Below, in pieces: positions 1 through 16,528 of a stretch of DNA of 248,000 nt. The notes under the pieces are model-generated. The model saw only the letters and a program-made list of their open reading frames with translations, did no database searches and was not told the origin of the DNA. The position numbers were made by a program, and so were the translations under genes. Within the stretch, counting starts at the first letter, position 1. Every line of letters starts with the position of its first letter. Source of the DNA: Octopus vulgaris (Eukaryota); contig OX597826.1 in assembly GCA_951406725.2 (NCBI GenBank), forward strand, positions 60,036,001 through 60,284,000, written 5' to 3'.

Positions 1-798
1 TCTACGTTGCTATATAGCGTAAACTACACTCAAATAATGTAAGAACTGTCAGTGCGTTTATGAATTTATTAGATTTACCCGATTAGAAGTTGCAATTTTC
101 CTTTCATTAATCGTTTTAGGAACAGCAAAATGAAATATTGATTTGATTAGACTACGTTAAGTTTTTAAGCTCGCTGTGTCGTTCTATGCTTTGCTACGTG
201 TTTCTGCGCGTTATTATGCATTGCTGGGTTATATTAACCACGGTTCGTACGTTTGATTTTGCTATAGCATAACCACAAGAACAATGAAAACGACAATATG
301 CAGTCTTGGACAAAAGATGGACTGGATGTCTTCAATCACAGCTCTGTTAAACTAAAGCAAGCAAGGGACATGTGGGTATTGTTGCGAGGAAAAAGAGAAC
401 AAAATTGGCAAGTACACATCAGCAACTTCATAGACACTGCAACAACACTAGCAATATTTACATCACATTTGCAAGAAAATCACCAACATTAGCAGTAACA
501 ATGACGACCAGCCAATATGAGGCCTGTAAGTGGTTGCTCGATATAGCATCCAAATTTTCAAATTGTGCTCCATAGATTTTAATCAAGGAGTACTTATTTT
601 CATATGATCTTACGCACATTGTATCTCAATACAAGACAGGATGGGCGAGAGTAGGTATCTATAGCAAGAAGTCTTTTATGTTCGATTACGTTCGATGTCC
701 ACCGACTCGTTATTTTGCGGTCAAATTTGTCTGTTATCATTTCGGGGCCGATAAAATGCGTACCCGTGGAGCTACGGGGGAGGATGTAACTGACTTAC

Positions 799-854
799 CA
801 GTTTCCTAAATTTGTTGGGTTTGTGCCAAAAGTTGACACTATATGAGTGAGTGG
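799..854 (-). other. Candidate internal exon (56 nt)
   Basis: Acceptor TTATTGTTTCAG and donor CTG|GTAAGT; two open frames; no homology recognised. Confidence 0.25.
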
Positions 855-2839
855 CTGAAACAATAACAACCACAACAATGATTGTGGCATCACAAATGAT
901 AGTAAGAAAATAGCAACATTAACACCACTAACATCAAAACAAAAGCAGCAGTAGTAAAACGGGCACCAGCTCCCACACTGTGAACACAAATAACATGCAG
1001 AAGAGCTACAATCACAAAAATATTACAACAGATTGCAGAATGGCCAATAAGGGAGTCTCTGGCTTTTCTATCGATCTACTAGAAATAATTATTGAATCAC
1101 CATAAAGGCATCCCGTACTCTTTTACATAAGGAAAGCGCTTTTCCATATTCCTCTATTACCCTAAACTATATCTAGGAGCACTCCGTCGGTTACGATGAC
1201 GAGGGTCCCAGATGATACGATAGACGGAACAGCTTGCTCATGAAATTAACGTGCAAGTGACTGAGACTGAGCAATCCACAGATGCTTGTACCCCTAACGT
1301 AGTTCTGAGAGAGATTCAACGTGACACAGAGTGGGACAAGGAGGGCCAGTTGAAATACAGGTACAACTCATTTTTGCCTGCTGAGTGGACTGGAGCAACG
1401 TGAAATAAAGTGTCTTGCTGAACGCGTCGCCGGGAATTGAACTCACGACCTTACAATTGTGAGCCGACTGCCCTAACCACTTCACAACCCTAAAACTAAT
1501 ACTATATTCGTAAAGTTTGTTCCTGTTTACCTAGCATATTTTACAGTGATGACAAAAGAGTTCTAATTATACTCTCATACACACCCAGCCATACATAAAC
1601 GGTGCCATACCCATATGCTCACGCCATCCTTATTCTATAAACACACGATTATATATAGCTGCTTATATGCACATACACGCAACTACGTTTATATTTTTAC
1701 TACTTGCAACTGTTTGTCATGTTAATCTCCTATCCATATATATATATAATCTCAAACCATCTATTACAAATCTATTGATACATATTTTCATGCTGTTTAT
1801 CTTTCTGTTAACTTCTTAATTTGCCCGGCATTCAATGACAATCAAATGCACTCACCTCTACTAAAACCTCCAAGCATGTCTATACTTTTCTAATGCCATT
1901 GTATACCATACACGCCTATATCAACCAAATTTTTTTTATTCTAATTAAAATTTAGTCTTTTTTCCTCTTTCTATCTTGGCAAAGACCTCCTGTCCGAAAT
2001 GTCAATTTCTGTTGCGCTTCTTCAAATTGTAATACATATACAACGTGGGTGTTTGCCTTCATTCATGATTTGTCTTCTGAATTAATTTCTGTCAGAAACA
2101 AATCCCCAGACGCACCAGATATCGGATTACTTATCATTAATTTGAATCAGGATTGTGGCGATAACAACGTAAGTGACACAAGTTTTTCTAGTTTCGCTAC
2201 ATAAATTTGAAATACAATGTTGAAAAATGAAATGGTGACTGGTTTTATTGAACAAAAAATATTTGGTAAATAACTGTTTCGCAACTGAATCGCTTAAACT
2301 AAAAACAAAATCTGAAATATATAAAATGTGAAATTTATTAGAAACACAAAAAAGTACAATAAATTCATTTACTGAAAACTATCTCTTTCTCAACTAAAAA
2401 ATAATAATTTCTATTATCCATCGTTTAATTGAATGCAGTTTTCAAATAATGTGCCAATGTTCTGTCTTAGGCCCGCTAAATAAATTATAGATGGGTTGAA
2501 GGGATTTACAGTCACGTAAATTTGATGCCAACAAAATTTTAAACTTTATCAGGAATTTGAAAGTTTTTTCATCTTTTGCAAATTGGAAACCTTAAAGAAT
2601 AAAATGTTTTTCATTTTAAAGGCCATGAAGAAAAGCAGAACTGTAGACATAATTTATTGATAACAATGCAAAATAATTCGCATCAGTCGCATATCATCCG
2701 ATACTGTGCTGCAGAAAATTACATTTTCACGAACCGAGTCGAAGAAATGTAATTTTTCTGTAGAAAAATATCTCGCTCTCTCGCTCTCTCTCACTGATTT
2801 CCATATGTATATATACATTTATATATTAGTTTTATATAT

Positions 2840-2870
<31 letters not shown>

Positions 2871-2889
2871 ACACACATATGTATATATA

Positions 2890-2921
<32 letters not shown>

Positions 2922-3220
2922 AATATACACGCAACATACACGTATACACACACAGGCACGCATATTCTGGTATACGCATATTAGGGCAAAGAGAAATGTA
3001 TTTTGTGAAAATTTGTACACACGGTATAGTATTATTATACAGACTACATGAAGCAAGTCCTGACGTAATTCATTTAAGTACATCGTCTGTATCTCTTTAG
3101 ATTTGTTCCTTGTATTAGGTTCATTCACATAGGTGAAACATGCTTCGTTTAATAGATTCCCAATGCTTTCAAATGGCCTGTTTGTGTGTGTGGCAGTCAC
3201 CTCCACTCTCTCTCTCTCTT

Positions 3221-3262
<42 letters not shown>

Positions 3263-3481
3263 GTGCGTGTGTGTGTATACATATAAATATATGATACATA
3301 TGTAAATATATCATACATATATTCATTTGCAATACACATAAATATATATATATATTTAGAGACACACAATCATATATATATATATACAAATACTATCTAT
3401 CTATCTATCTTTCTATCTATCTATCTGTCTATCTATCTATTTATCTATGCATCTAACTCTATCTCCGTCCCTATCTATTTA

Positions 3482-3513
<32 letters not shown>

Positions 3514-3519
3514 GCTCTC

Positions 3520-3558
<39 letters not shown>

Positions 3559-6217
3559 AGAGAGAGGGAAACAGAAATACTTATACATATATATCAATAT
3601 ATATATATGTATATATTCACACAGTATATGTATATTTATAAATCTATACAGAATTTTGTCTAAATATATATATATACATGTTTGTCCGCACGCACACGTG
3701 GTTGTGTGATTGTGCGTGTGGGTACACACCTATGTGTGTGGGTGTGTGGACATTAGCTGAAAGCCATAACATTTGGAGAAAGAAGAGAGCTCTGTCTATT
3801 AAATTTAAAGTAGACGCCAACGGGAGTCGAAATAACTATGTAGAAGCAATGTCGTGCACTTAGCCTCTGGCTTTGCTATATCTGTCGGTTCTCAATTTTC
3901 CTGAATATTTATGAATATTTATGTGATGTCTCCACACCGATGGATTTTACTATTTTCATGGACATCAACACATTTTAAGCTGCATCCAAATGCAAAGCAT
4001 TCGGTCCTTAAAAGCATCATTCAGCCATTAGCGCAGAGATATACTTTTGATTTTGTTTCTACTTTCTGTTCCGATTTGAAAAGGCCTGTTACTCTAGACT
4101 GGTAAAATTTCATATCCCATCTTGTGAAGTCCACCCAAACAATCTTTCGTATTTATCTCTATCATTTCTCTTAACGCCTTAAACCAATACAAATCATTTT
4201 AAAATTACGTTTGTTTTTTTCCCCTTTTTAAACAAATCTCGTTCGACATGCTCGCCACATTCAGGTTTTTCCAATTTTAATGTCTGGCATCGCTTAATCT
4301 TATCGTTTATCCACTACAGTATTTCCTTAAAATCTCCCCCACCTTACATTTTCTTTTTCTCTGTTTCTACATTCTTCTTTTTAAATACATATTTTTTTCA
4401 AATACAGTTTGTTGAAACTGAAAACATTCCTGACAGAAAACTCTACCTCTACAGCACCTTTCAATTTTCATTTACAGCTTTTTTCGTCTGCACTCGTCTG
4501 AAACGCTCTTTTATTATTTCTCGCTCTCTCGTGCGCGCGCTCACCTTCACATGTCATTGTTGAACACCTAGCACAAGCAATTATTTATTGCGATCAAATA
4601 ATTGTGGCATACATTAGCTCGCTCAATCAAGTAGACGCTGCCTGTACGGGTGGGTGCAAGCTATAACGGAAGATAGTATGGAAGTGATTCTAGAACAAAG
4701 AGAAATAAAGAGTTTTGCTCAAGAGCACAATGCACACCACCGACCAGAAACTGAAACCACGATCTTGCGATAGTCAATGCAACATGCTAACCGCGTGCTC
4801 CCGCGCCTTTATGCATATGTATATACATGTACATGTAAATATATGTGTGTGTATGTGTGTCTGTGTGCGTATGTGTGTTTGGGCATATATATATACACAC
4901 ACACACATAGAGTCCGATAGAATAATTACTAGGCTTACAAAGAATAAGTCTTGGGATCCATTCGTCCGACTTAATGCGGTGCTCCAGCATGGCCGCAGTC
5001 AAATGACTGAAACGAGTAAAAGAAAAAAAAGAAAGAAGATATATATTAATATATATACATGTACATACATACAGACACGTACTTACAGTCTCATACAGAC
5101 ATACGCACACAAACACACCCACATGCATAACAACAACTACAACAACATCAAGAGAGAGAGAACTTTATATATAGCGCCTAGGAAAAATATTACGAAATGC
5201 AAAATGCACACGGTCTTTCGTGTTGGAATAAATTTCATCATTTTAAAATAGAGTAACGGTAAAACCTGAATAAATATGCAAAATTGAGAGACTTACATCT
5301 TTTGTAGGAATAAAAGTAGAATATTTGTGATTTTATTCTTACACTGATTTTGATGACATAGTGTACAATGTTACAATCAAATTTCTTAAACGTATAAAGT
5401 TCCATATTCCATATATTATAATTACATACAGTTTTCATTTCGTATCTTGATAAGAATTTAAGTGTCTATGTGTAATGAGACCGTGTTAGCCTTACGCTAT
5501 GCTATAATCTGATGTACGTATCGGAAGAAACTGCGTTAAAAATACAGTATAGATAGAGCATGCGAGAAAAATAACCTTGTACATTAATATACAAAATATA
5601 AGTTCACTTGGGATGTAAATTTACGCATTTCAAATATTATTTTCTACGCTAAGTACAAGGCCCGAACGTTTCTGCCAGCTCGCCGCCTTACGCATTTTAA
5701 ATATCATTTTCTATTCTAGGCACAAGGGCCGAAACATTGGGGGAGGTGGCCAGTCGATTGGATTGACCCGAGTACGCCACTGGTACTTAATTTATGAACC
5801 CCGAAAGGATGAAACGCAAAGTCAACCTCGGAGGAATTTCAACTCAGAACGTAAAGACAGACGAAATACGGCTAAGTATTTCACCCGGCATGCTAATGTT
5901 TCTGCCAGAACGCTGCCTTACGCATTTTAAATATCAAGATTTAAATATTTTCACAAATATTGTTACTTCAAATGAATTGACATCTTTTATTTCTCTTTTT
6001 TATTCGTTTCAGACATTAAACTTCATTCATAATTCGGCATCACTTTCAAGAATTTTAATCGAACGAATCGACCTCAATACTTATTTTTTTTTAAGTATCG
6101 GTATTCATTCTATCAGCCTCTTTTGCGGAACTGCTAAGTTATGAGGACATAAATACACCAGCATCTATTTTGGGGGGCAAGCTTAGACACAAAGACATAC
6201 ACACACACATATGTATG

Positions 6218-6276
<59 letters not shown>

Positions 6277-8147
6277 CGGATTTTTTAAAGCTAAATAAAG
6301 TTTAATGAGATTTAATGAAAGACATCAGTTAATCTTATAACTGGAGCCAGGCAACGGAAAACAGTTTTTTAAGCATTACAACAAGCAGTGCAATTTATGC
6401 CCAATGAAAAACCTTGGAATTATCTTAAATGAATATGAAGGAACGAATTTGAACTTACGTATGTAAGTTCTCAATAGCTCACCCCTAATACAAACCTCTG
6501 AGTTAATTAGATATATAAACAGATCCCTATTTATATTGACCACCGTCTATCTACAAGTTTTGCACTGTGACTTGGAATGATTTTAGTTCCCATTCTCAAT
6601 TATGTTATCCTACATTATTTCATTCTCATTAGCTTTCTTGACTTCTAGTTGCAACAGCCTATATACCTTAAACCTAAATTATTAAATACAGGTTTTTTTT
6701 TCTTTTTGTCTTCTTGATATCTTTTCCTATATCCGTAGTTCAAAACTATGCCATTCTTAGAAATGCCTACTTCAACTCATTAATTTAACTTTCGTTTTAT
6801 TATCATCATAACAATCATTCTTTTAATATTTAGGTGCTACATTCTATACCATGTTCCTAAGCTTAACGCTGAAGTATATTTAATTATTCTATTTCATTCA
6901 CTTGCATTTATCGTAATTATATATTATCTATTCACTTATTGCACGCCTGCCATTATATTTTCATAATTATAGCTAGACTTTTATCTAACTATACCTATCA
7001 TAAATATTATTTCTAATATCTATTCTTATGCCACATAATTATCTATCTGGACCGTTTCAAATTTTTTTAAATTTTGATTCCTCAGTTTTATATTTTTATA
7101 GGTCAAACCTTATCTCGTGTGCTACTTCAATATTTTAGGTTGCTTACCTAACCAGTATATTTTTAATTTAAAATGAAAATTTCAGCTTTATTTGTTATAC
7201 CCTATTAATCCTATATTTTCATTCGTTTATTATTTGCTTTTAATTATTATGTTATTAAAAATGTATTTTAATTATCTGTAAATATTTCCAGACTTCCTGC
7301 TAATTTTACCATTTATACAAGTTTTCTCAGTATTTTTACGTAGCATTTTATGTAAGCGCAGTGGTGATATTTCTATAGTAAATATATACAATACAATGCA
7401 TTATTAAACTTCGCTCACTTAATTTCATTACTGAAACTATATCTATTTAATCAAATTCTACCGTTCTCTGTAAAATTACCCCCACTGACTTCCATACAAA
7501 TTTAAAAAAAAAAGATACAAAATGAAAAACTGTGAATCTTAAAATGCAGCTGTAATTTCTGAAGGAAGAAAATTCCGGCGAATTTGAAGCAGACTTTTAC
7601 AAGCTATTCGTTTATTTTTTGTATTTGCATTATGTTGATGATCATTATTCCTCTTCCCTGTACGCTAACATTATTCAAAATATCGATTTTATCTTTACCT
7701 CGCTTTCTATTCCTACAGTACTTTATACCAAATCAATTCCCGTGTAGTACTCTCATATTGATGTCTCAAAACTTTTACTATGAGTTATACAATACACACT
7801 ATTTTCAATAAATGTCTTTTGCTCACACACACACGCAAACATACATACGTATACACACATATGCATATCGTTCGTCACCCTTTTCAAGCCTAGCCAGGCT
7901 CATGAGCCCGGTATTTGTTCCACCCTACCTACCCAGCTGGACAGGACGCCAGTCCATCGCAGCGTTACTCAAGAAACAGGAAGAGAGAGCGAGAGAAAGT
8001 TGTGGTGAAAGAGTACAACAGTCACCACCGCCGCCTGCCGGAGCCTCGACGTGCTTTTAGGTGTTTTCGCTCAATAAACACATACAACGCCCGGGCTGGG
8101 AATCGAAACCGCGATTCCGCTTCCCTAACCACTGGGCCATCGCACCT

Positions 8148-8228
<81 letters not shown>

Positions 8229-9209
8229 CATACATAATTGCATATTTGTTGAAGATGAGATAGAATGACTAAATTCTAATTGTATTGAGAACATTAATTG
8301 TAATCTGATTTGAAATATTTTTTGGATCTAAGTTAACGTTTACGAATTCCATGCAAGGACCATTTGGTATAAATTAACCTGTTGACATGTATTGCAATGA
8401 TATATTTCAACATATCACAACATAACATTATAACAAGCAAACTTTGAAAGCTTAGTATGCTATGACACTTAGTAAGTAATTAAAGTGCTTTGGGTGTAGA
8501 AACGTTTATACGAGTTCTGACATGAAGCAGTTTCTGATATGGTTCAGTTGACTTGGATGCTCGGGTAATGACGAGAGCTGCTAATAACTCCACCTAATTA
8601 CAGTGATGCAACTTAATTACCCATATTTTTCTCATTACATCCACTTGAGAGAAAACTCTATCCTCTTTATATGGACCTCACCTATATTATGAAACCGGCT
8701 CTTCTTCACAACTTATTTGATGATGCTGTCAGCACACTCACAAGTGCGCCACCTGCTGCTACACATTGAGCTCCCAGGTAACGTTGTTGAGAGATTATTT
8801 AACACAGGACATGCAGAACATCTAGCTTTCTCACCGGTTAAATAACTAAAATTATATATAAGCTTTGAATGAAAGTGTGTTATTACAAACTACTGAGAAA
8901 ATAATTCTCTAATATTTTCAGATAGACAATATTCATATATCTGTCTGTATTCTTAACCTTGTTAGTCTATAGTAGTTATTAAAATAATTAGTGAGATTGT
9001 TCACAAAGAGACATGAAGCACTATTGACGAATCACTTGTACATAAGAAGAACTGCAATCCTTTTTGCAGATTTTTTTTTATTAAAATGCCTTCTACTTTT
9101 TACGAGAAGCACATTCATATTTATCTTTTCATACTTATAATGTATTACAAAAATTTCATAACACAAAATATTTTGGCGTCTTCTTATCCGTTTCTACGTC
9201 CGTTTAGCT

Positions 9210-9880
9210 TCGTCAGGATGGAATCTGCTTTGGAATTTTGGATCAGTAAATTCAAGAAGAAAAACAACCCCTTGAGCGGTAACATCATCCTTGAAAAAGC
9301 GCGGAAATTATACCAGCAGCTCGACAGAGGGGGCAGATTAGAAGGCACTGAAGAACCGTAACTAAGACCATTGACTGCACCGGAGAGCAAGGGATAGTTT
9401 TGACCGTTTCCACAAACGGTTTAAAATAAAATTTGTTTCTCTACATGGGAAGACAGCATTAGCCGACAAAAACACCGCCGAAAAGGGCCTCGAGACCTTC
9501 AGGTAGATGATCGAGGACAAGGGATACAAGCTGGAAGAGGTTTTCTGTATGGACGAGACTGGCTTGTTCTGGAATAAGATACCTTCCAGAATGTACATCA
9601 TAAATGCCGAAGCCAGGGTCTCAGCATTTAGGGCACAGGAGGACAGGCTGATGCTAATAACGTGTGGCAATGCTGCTGGCTACACGAGGAGACCAGGACT
9701 TATCTACAAGTCTGTGAACCCAAGGAACTATCAATCTATCTATATATATATATTTTACGTTATATGTTGACATTTATAAGCATTTTTCTGGACTACATCC
9801 AATATTCGCGGTTTTTTACTATTCGCGGGTGCTCTAGTAACGTAACCACGCAAAGACCGGGGGAATACTGCGATCCTTTC
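9210..9880 (+). mobile_element. pogo/Tigger DNA transposon remnant (CENP-B HTH plus start of DDE_1 domain)
   Basis: Peptides ESALEFWISKFKKKNNPLSGNIILEKARKLY and MIEDKGYKLEEVFCMDETGLFWNKIPSRMYI...EDRLMLITCGNAAG, broken by stops. Tigger-type terminus (GGGGAATACTG) near 9870. Confidence 0.88.
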
Positions 9881-11622
9881 TATTATAGGCACAAGGCCTG
9901 AATTTTAGGGGAGGGTAACGTTCGATTACATCGACCCCAATTCTCAACCGGTACTTATTTCATCGGATCCGAAAGGATGAACGGTAAAGCCGACCTCGGT
10001 GGAATTTGATCTCAGAGCATAAGGACGAATGAAATGCCACGAAGCATTTTGCCCGGCGTGCTAACGTTTCTGCCAGCTCACCCCTTTATCACCATTAATA
10101 ATAAAGAGATCTGGTGCACACACAGGGTCCCACGTTAAGATAAAACATCCAGTCGCTAATATCGATTTCATATTTTGGCACAAAGCCAGACGTTTCGGCG
10201 TAGGTCGATTATATCAACCCAAGCATTCAACCGGTACATATTTTATTGAAACCCGAAAAAATTAAATGCAAAGTAGACACTGTCAGAATTTGAATCCTGA
10301 ACGTAAAGCCGAGCGAAATGCCGTTAAGCATTTCACTCGTTGTACTAACGATTCTTATTTATTTAGTGCCCACAAGAGGCTACACACAGAGGGGACAAAC
10401 AAGGACAGACGAACGGATTAAGTCGATTATATCGACCCCAATGCGTAACTGGTACTTATTTAATCGACCCTGAAAGGGTAAAAGGCAAATTCGACCTGGG
10501 CGGAATTTGAACTCAGAACGTAGCGGCAGACGAAATACCTATTTCTTTACTACCCACAAGGGGCTACACACAGAGGGGACAAAAGAAGGACAGACGAACG
10601 GATTAAGTCGATTATAACGACTCCAATGCGTAACTGGTACTTATTTAATCAACCCCGAAAGGATGAAAGGCAAAGTCGACCTCGGCGGAATTTGAACTCA
10701 GTACGTAACGGCAGACGAAATACGGCTACGCATTTCGCCCGGCGTGCTAACGTTTCTGCCAGGTCGCCGCCTTACGCAGTCGTTAATATCGAGCTTCGTA
10801 TTTCGGAAGTTCTAATATTAACTGTCCAGTTATAGAGATCAAACTCAGAACATTTCGGTTATTATCAGTCAGTTAGAAAAGAAATCACGACGTAATTTAA
10901 CAAAACTAAATACCAGTGCGGTTAATGATAAGAAGAGATAACACAAAGCATACAGATAAACCATAGATTCGATAATATTAAACTTAGTACTCTGCAGGTC
11001 CTCATATTAAATATTCAGTTATAAAGAATATGGCTAGAATCATTCGGTTAGAACCTAATTTAACGAAACTAAATAACAACGTGTCTAATGGTAAGAAAAG
11101 ATAATATAATAATTATAAAATAATAACACAAAATACTAAAATATATATCATTCTGATATGATTACATATTTCTTGGATATCACTAAAAAATATCTTGAAA
11201 TTGGAAATTAGGAAATTAACAAGTAAAAAAAATCATAAAATCATTTATACACAAAAGTGACAGCAAAATAACAAGGACCAAATATGGAAAGTCTAATGAG
11301 AAACACATGATATAACACACGCAGTATCAACATCTAAATATCACATTGAAATATCAACAAGAAAATTATCCTCGAGAGGAAATGATGAGAGATAATGAGG
11401 TAGAGAGGAAGTAGAAATTTTAAGTTTCTCGTAATATACAAATTAGTGATATAACGCAGAGGAATGTGGAAGTAAAAATCAACTTCGTAATATCAAAGCC
11501 AATTAGCTGGCTCTCTCATCTACAATCTTACATGGTTCCAAATCAGAAATCATATACGCAGTAAACGTGTATATGTGTATTACACACCCAAAGCACACAC
11601 ACACACACAGACACACACCCAA

Positions 11623-11666
<44 letters not shown>

Positions 11667-11764
11667 ACATACACACATATATTATATAGAATAAAAAGAT
11701 GGAAAGTATATTTGATTTATTGGGTACGACACATGTTTCGACCCGAAGAATTCCTCCATTATAT

Positions 11765-11851
<87 letters not shown>

Positions 11852-11860
11852 CATGCACAT

Positions 11861-11907
<47 letters not shown>

Positions 11908-13685
11908 TATATATATATGTATACATATATATATATGTGTGTGTGTGCATGTGTGTGTAATCATGTTATGTATATATACAGATATATATATATGCATACA
12001 TGCATTTTATATATGCATATGTGTGTGTATATCAAAATATGTAATTATATATTGTGTGCGTGTGTATGTGTGTTTAATATACAGATGTTCGATATGCATA
12101 TAAAGTTGATGAAAGATGATGCACTTGATGAAAGATTAATAAGGAAATGCACCGATCTACTCTGTTTCTGCTACAAGAAAGCATCCCACATATCAATATT
12201 ATACACAAAAACGCAAAAGGCATTATATTCGTGTTTGTGTATGTACGGATGGATGTGTATGTGTATACGCTTGTGTGCGTATATTTATGTATATGTTTGT
12301 ATAAAAATACGTATATATATATATATGTAATTTTTCAGAAGGAACTGTTTGACAGTAACTTCGAAATTTCGGCTTGCTAGCTGTCATTGTTAAACTTTTC
12401 TTTGTTAAAATTAATAAATAATATATACTTTCCTAAAATTACTGAGTTCCCTTTAAATACACTCCTTCAGTTTAATTTTAAATTATTTTTATACATAACT
12501 GCACATCAATATATTTATTGATGCATGTAAATACAAAGAATTCAAGTTCTCAGACTACATATTTTTCAATATAATTATTTGTATAATATTTTTTCCTAAG
12601 GACACAGTCCTTTAAATTTCGAATAACGTAGTTAGTGCATTACATTAACCCCCACAATTCACTGATACTCTATTTTATCGATCACAAAAAAAACATAAAT
12701 AAAGCTAATGATTTTGGCGGGATTTGAACTCCAAACAATAACTTAGTATAACTTAGTATAACCAGTGGAAGAGGTTTCTTTTCTTTTTATTTTTGCCGAC
12801 TCAGCCAATCCACTGCCGACGAGACCGATATGCATGTTCCTGAAGAGTACGATGCTTTCAATTACTGAGAATCTGGTTTTTGGATCGGATCAGCTAGCCT
12901 CTTAATGAATTTCATTCGCTCTTTTACTTGTTTCAGTCATGTGAATGTGGCCATGCTGGAGCACCACCTTTACTCGAGCGAACCGACCCCAGGACTTATT
13001 CTTTGTAAGCCTAGTACTTATTCTATCGGTCTCGTTTGCCGAACCGCTAAGTGACGGGGACGTAAACACACCAACATCGGTTGTCAAGTGATGTTGCGGG
13101 GACAAAAACACACACACAAACATATACACAACATGAATATATACATATATACGACGTGCTTCATTCAGTTTCCGTCTACCAAATCCACTCACAAGGCTTT
13201 GGTCAGCCCGAGGCTATAGTAGAAGACATTTGCCCAAGGTGCCTCGCAGTGGGACTGAACGTGGAACCATGTGGTTTGAAAGCAAGTTACGTACCACGCA
13301 ATCAACTTCTAGTGCGTTAGTCCCACACTTTCCTTGTCTCTAACGTCCTTCTACAAGGATAAACATCTCGACTGTGATAGACTTTGTAGAATGTGTACAA
13401 GCATAGATATTCTGCTAACCAAGTATTTTCCTTAGTTTTGTCTTTATTTATAACATGGATCAAACCCTGAATGTGGGTAAGCTATAGATGCATAGTTCAA
13501 TACATACCATCACAGGTATTCCATTCGTGACCTACTCTTCATGTTTTAACGTGCAGGAAAAGCAGGAAGACTTTATACGTTGCCGTTTCTAAAAATGAAA
13601 ATATTTTATAAAGATTGAGCTATTATTTCTATTATTTCTATCACGTTGAACGTGATATAAGCTTACTTAAACTCATTCATATTTG

Positions 13686-13749
<64 letters not shown>

Positions 13750-13892
13750 CTATGTATGTATGTGTATATGCATAGATGGATAGATAGAGATAGAGAGCTT
13801 TACACACACTCACATATATATGTATATATATATATATATATACATACATAGAGAGAGAGGTGGGTGAGAGATAGTTGGATAGACAGATATTT

Positions 13893-13941
<49 letters not shown>

Positions 13942-14529
13942 CATACATAGAGAGAGAGAGAGGTAGGTAAGAGATAGTTGAGTAGACATATATTTACACA
14001 CACACACACATACATATACATATACACTTGAGTGTGTATGTAGCTATACAGAGAGAGAGAGAAAACTGTATATATATATGGTAATTGGTTCTAATTTTAT
14101 AATAGAACGAATAAATTCTTAAAGCCTTGCAGCGTATCTGCTTTCAATGTGTACATTGACTCTTCAAACTCTTATTTCCTCGTTCACACTTTTACTAAGA
14201 TGCAAACAACATACATTACACCATTAAAAAAATGTCTCTAGCATTTTCAAATTTTAGACTTAATTTTTGGCTCACCAGTGAGGTTCCACGTGACCTCAAT
14301 TGGACTGACGTTGCTAAAATTCAACATTTCTTGTGGCTATTTTATGCCATTCATGCTGTTTACTGTTAGCATCTTCGTCATACTTTGAACAACTTTCTAG
14401 AGTGCATTTGAGATTATAAAAATAGTTATTTTAAACTTCTCTTCGGGGCTTGTCTTTAGCTTGCAGCAAGCACGCTGCTTTGTTCTGTAATAAAGTCATC
14501 CCTTTAAATACTCTCTCTGTCTCTCTCTG

Positions 14530-14688
<159 letters not shown>

Positions 14689-15099
14689 GTTATATGTTTC
14701 TACCTCACTACTCGCCACATCCGCACGCACCGTGTTATTTTATCACATTCATATTTACTGAAATTTTCTTCTTGAGAATTATTATGCGGAATTATGATTC
14801 TGGCTGGCATTTGCAAGAAAATTACATACCTATTTATAAGGAAAATTAGATATTTGTAACCTTTCATGCTAATTCTTTCTTGTGCCTGCGAGTGTCAGGC
14901 CACTTAGCTCCATGATTAAGCCATTCTCTCCTTGTCTGCCTCCTTCCCTGCCACATGTAAAGCACATGATGTGAAGATATTTGTGATTCGTTCAAGTTTC
15001 GCTTTAATTATTCAATTCTTCTTTCCTGTAATTCATAGAAGGTCTGGTATGGTCTGGTTTGAAGCCGTAGTGCTCTAATTAGGATATTAATAAATATCA

Positions 15100-16150
15100 T
15101 AACGTATATCTACTTATCCTTAAATAGAACACACTCTTGAGGGTTATGAAGTGATTCCATTCTTTTTCGTCTGCACTTTCTCTTCTATTTGGACCTTGAT
15201 ATTCTGAATGACATCTCGTCGTATTGGAAGGCTTCCGAGTGATGTCTTACAATCTCTCGGGCACCTCTGGATAGCTTCAAACATCCGTTTGTTGCTTGTA
15301 AACCTTGTGATATTTCCGGACCAACGAAACTCATGCTTTCGGTATTCCACAAATGCATGGCTCAGCTCAATCCGCCCTGTTCACGAATTACCTCGTTTCC
15401 TTTATCCTTCCATAAAAATATTTCTTACATGTATCTTTCTATTGGCCATCTATTTCGTAGTCAATCGCCGTTCTCCTTGTCCGTTGTAGCTCACATCATA
15501 CGTCGCTATATGAGTAGACTTAAGTAGTATTATTGAAGAGATTGATAAACAAGAACTTGTCCATCAGGGATTGTAACTGAGAGAAACTGTATCGGATTTA
15601 CCTTTACGCTGTGAGAGATCTTAGGGTTAATGTTTCGAAATACACTTACTGGCATTCTCAGGTAGAAGTTCTCTTTCACGTTCTTTATTTTGTCAGTTCC
15701 TTCCACTAACCTTACACTATGTATTTCCATGCGGTTTATTTCAAGGCCTTCTGCTGAACTCTGGGTATCTATCTCTGTCAGCAAGAACTTCTTCATTTCA
15801 TCCACGAAATTATCTGATTTTAATTTCTATATTAGTGTCCCACAACAATGTAGTCTCTATTTTACAATTGTTGACATTAATAGAAAATCACGGGAAAAAA
15901 GTAATTAAATCAATATCAGTATTCTCACTTACAAAGCACATTCTTCTAATTCATGAAAACTTACTGAAAATTTCAACTTTAATATTTCTGGCGAGACTCT
16001 CCTCTCCCTCTCGTCATTCAAGCCACTTGTTCCGTGGCAAACATCTTCTCACACAAATCTTTCCCCCTTTCTCACACGTAGAAAATATATTATCGTGAGA
16101 TGTTTTTGAGTAGTTGATGGTGATTTATTAACTATATAATTTCCCATTCG
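15100..16150 (-). mobile_element. RTE-clade LINE ORF2 fragment (degraded)
   Basis: Minus-strand fragments resembling the RT C-terminus and the downstream FRWSGNITR / WxPR region; many stops. Confidence 0.65.
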
Positions 16151-16296
16151 AATAATTGATGGAACAATTTCGTTAGGAACTACGGTACTCCGCGTTAAAT
16201 ATTATTAATAATAGAATGTTTTATTAAATTAAGTTTTTGTTCATGACAAATATTTCTTCCATATATTGCTATTTTCATTTCGATAAAGTACTATAC

Positions 16297-16344
<48 letters not shown>

Positions 16345-16483
16345 TATGGGATTATATTTTCAGAAAAAAATTTAGATTCAAATGCATATGGTACTTTATT
16401 TAGATGCACCAGAATTTTTTATGGTATTACCCATAAAATTATGTGGGGTGATTGCTTATTTTTGGGTTATATATAAATATATA

Positions 16484-16528
<45 letters not shown>

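Noticed and set aside
2706-3729. The many YI/HT/CV/LS-repeat ORFs throughout the track (this interval is an example)
   Set aside because: Products of (TA)n, (CA)n, (GA)n and (CTAT)n microsatellites.
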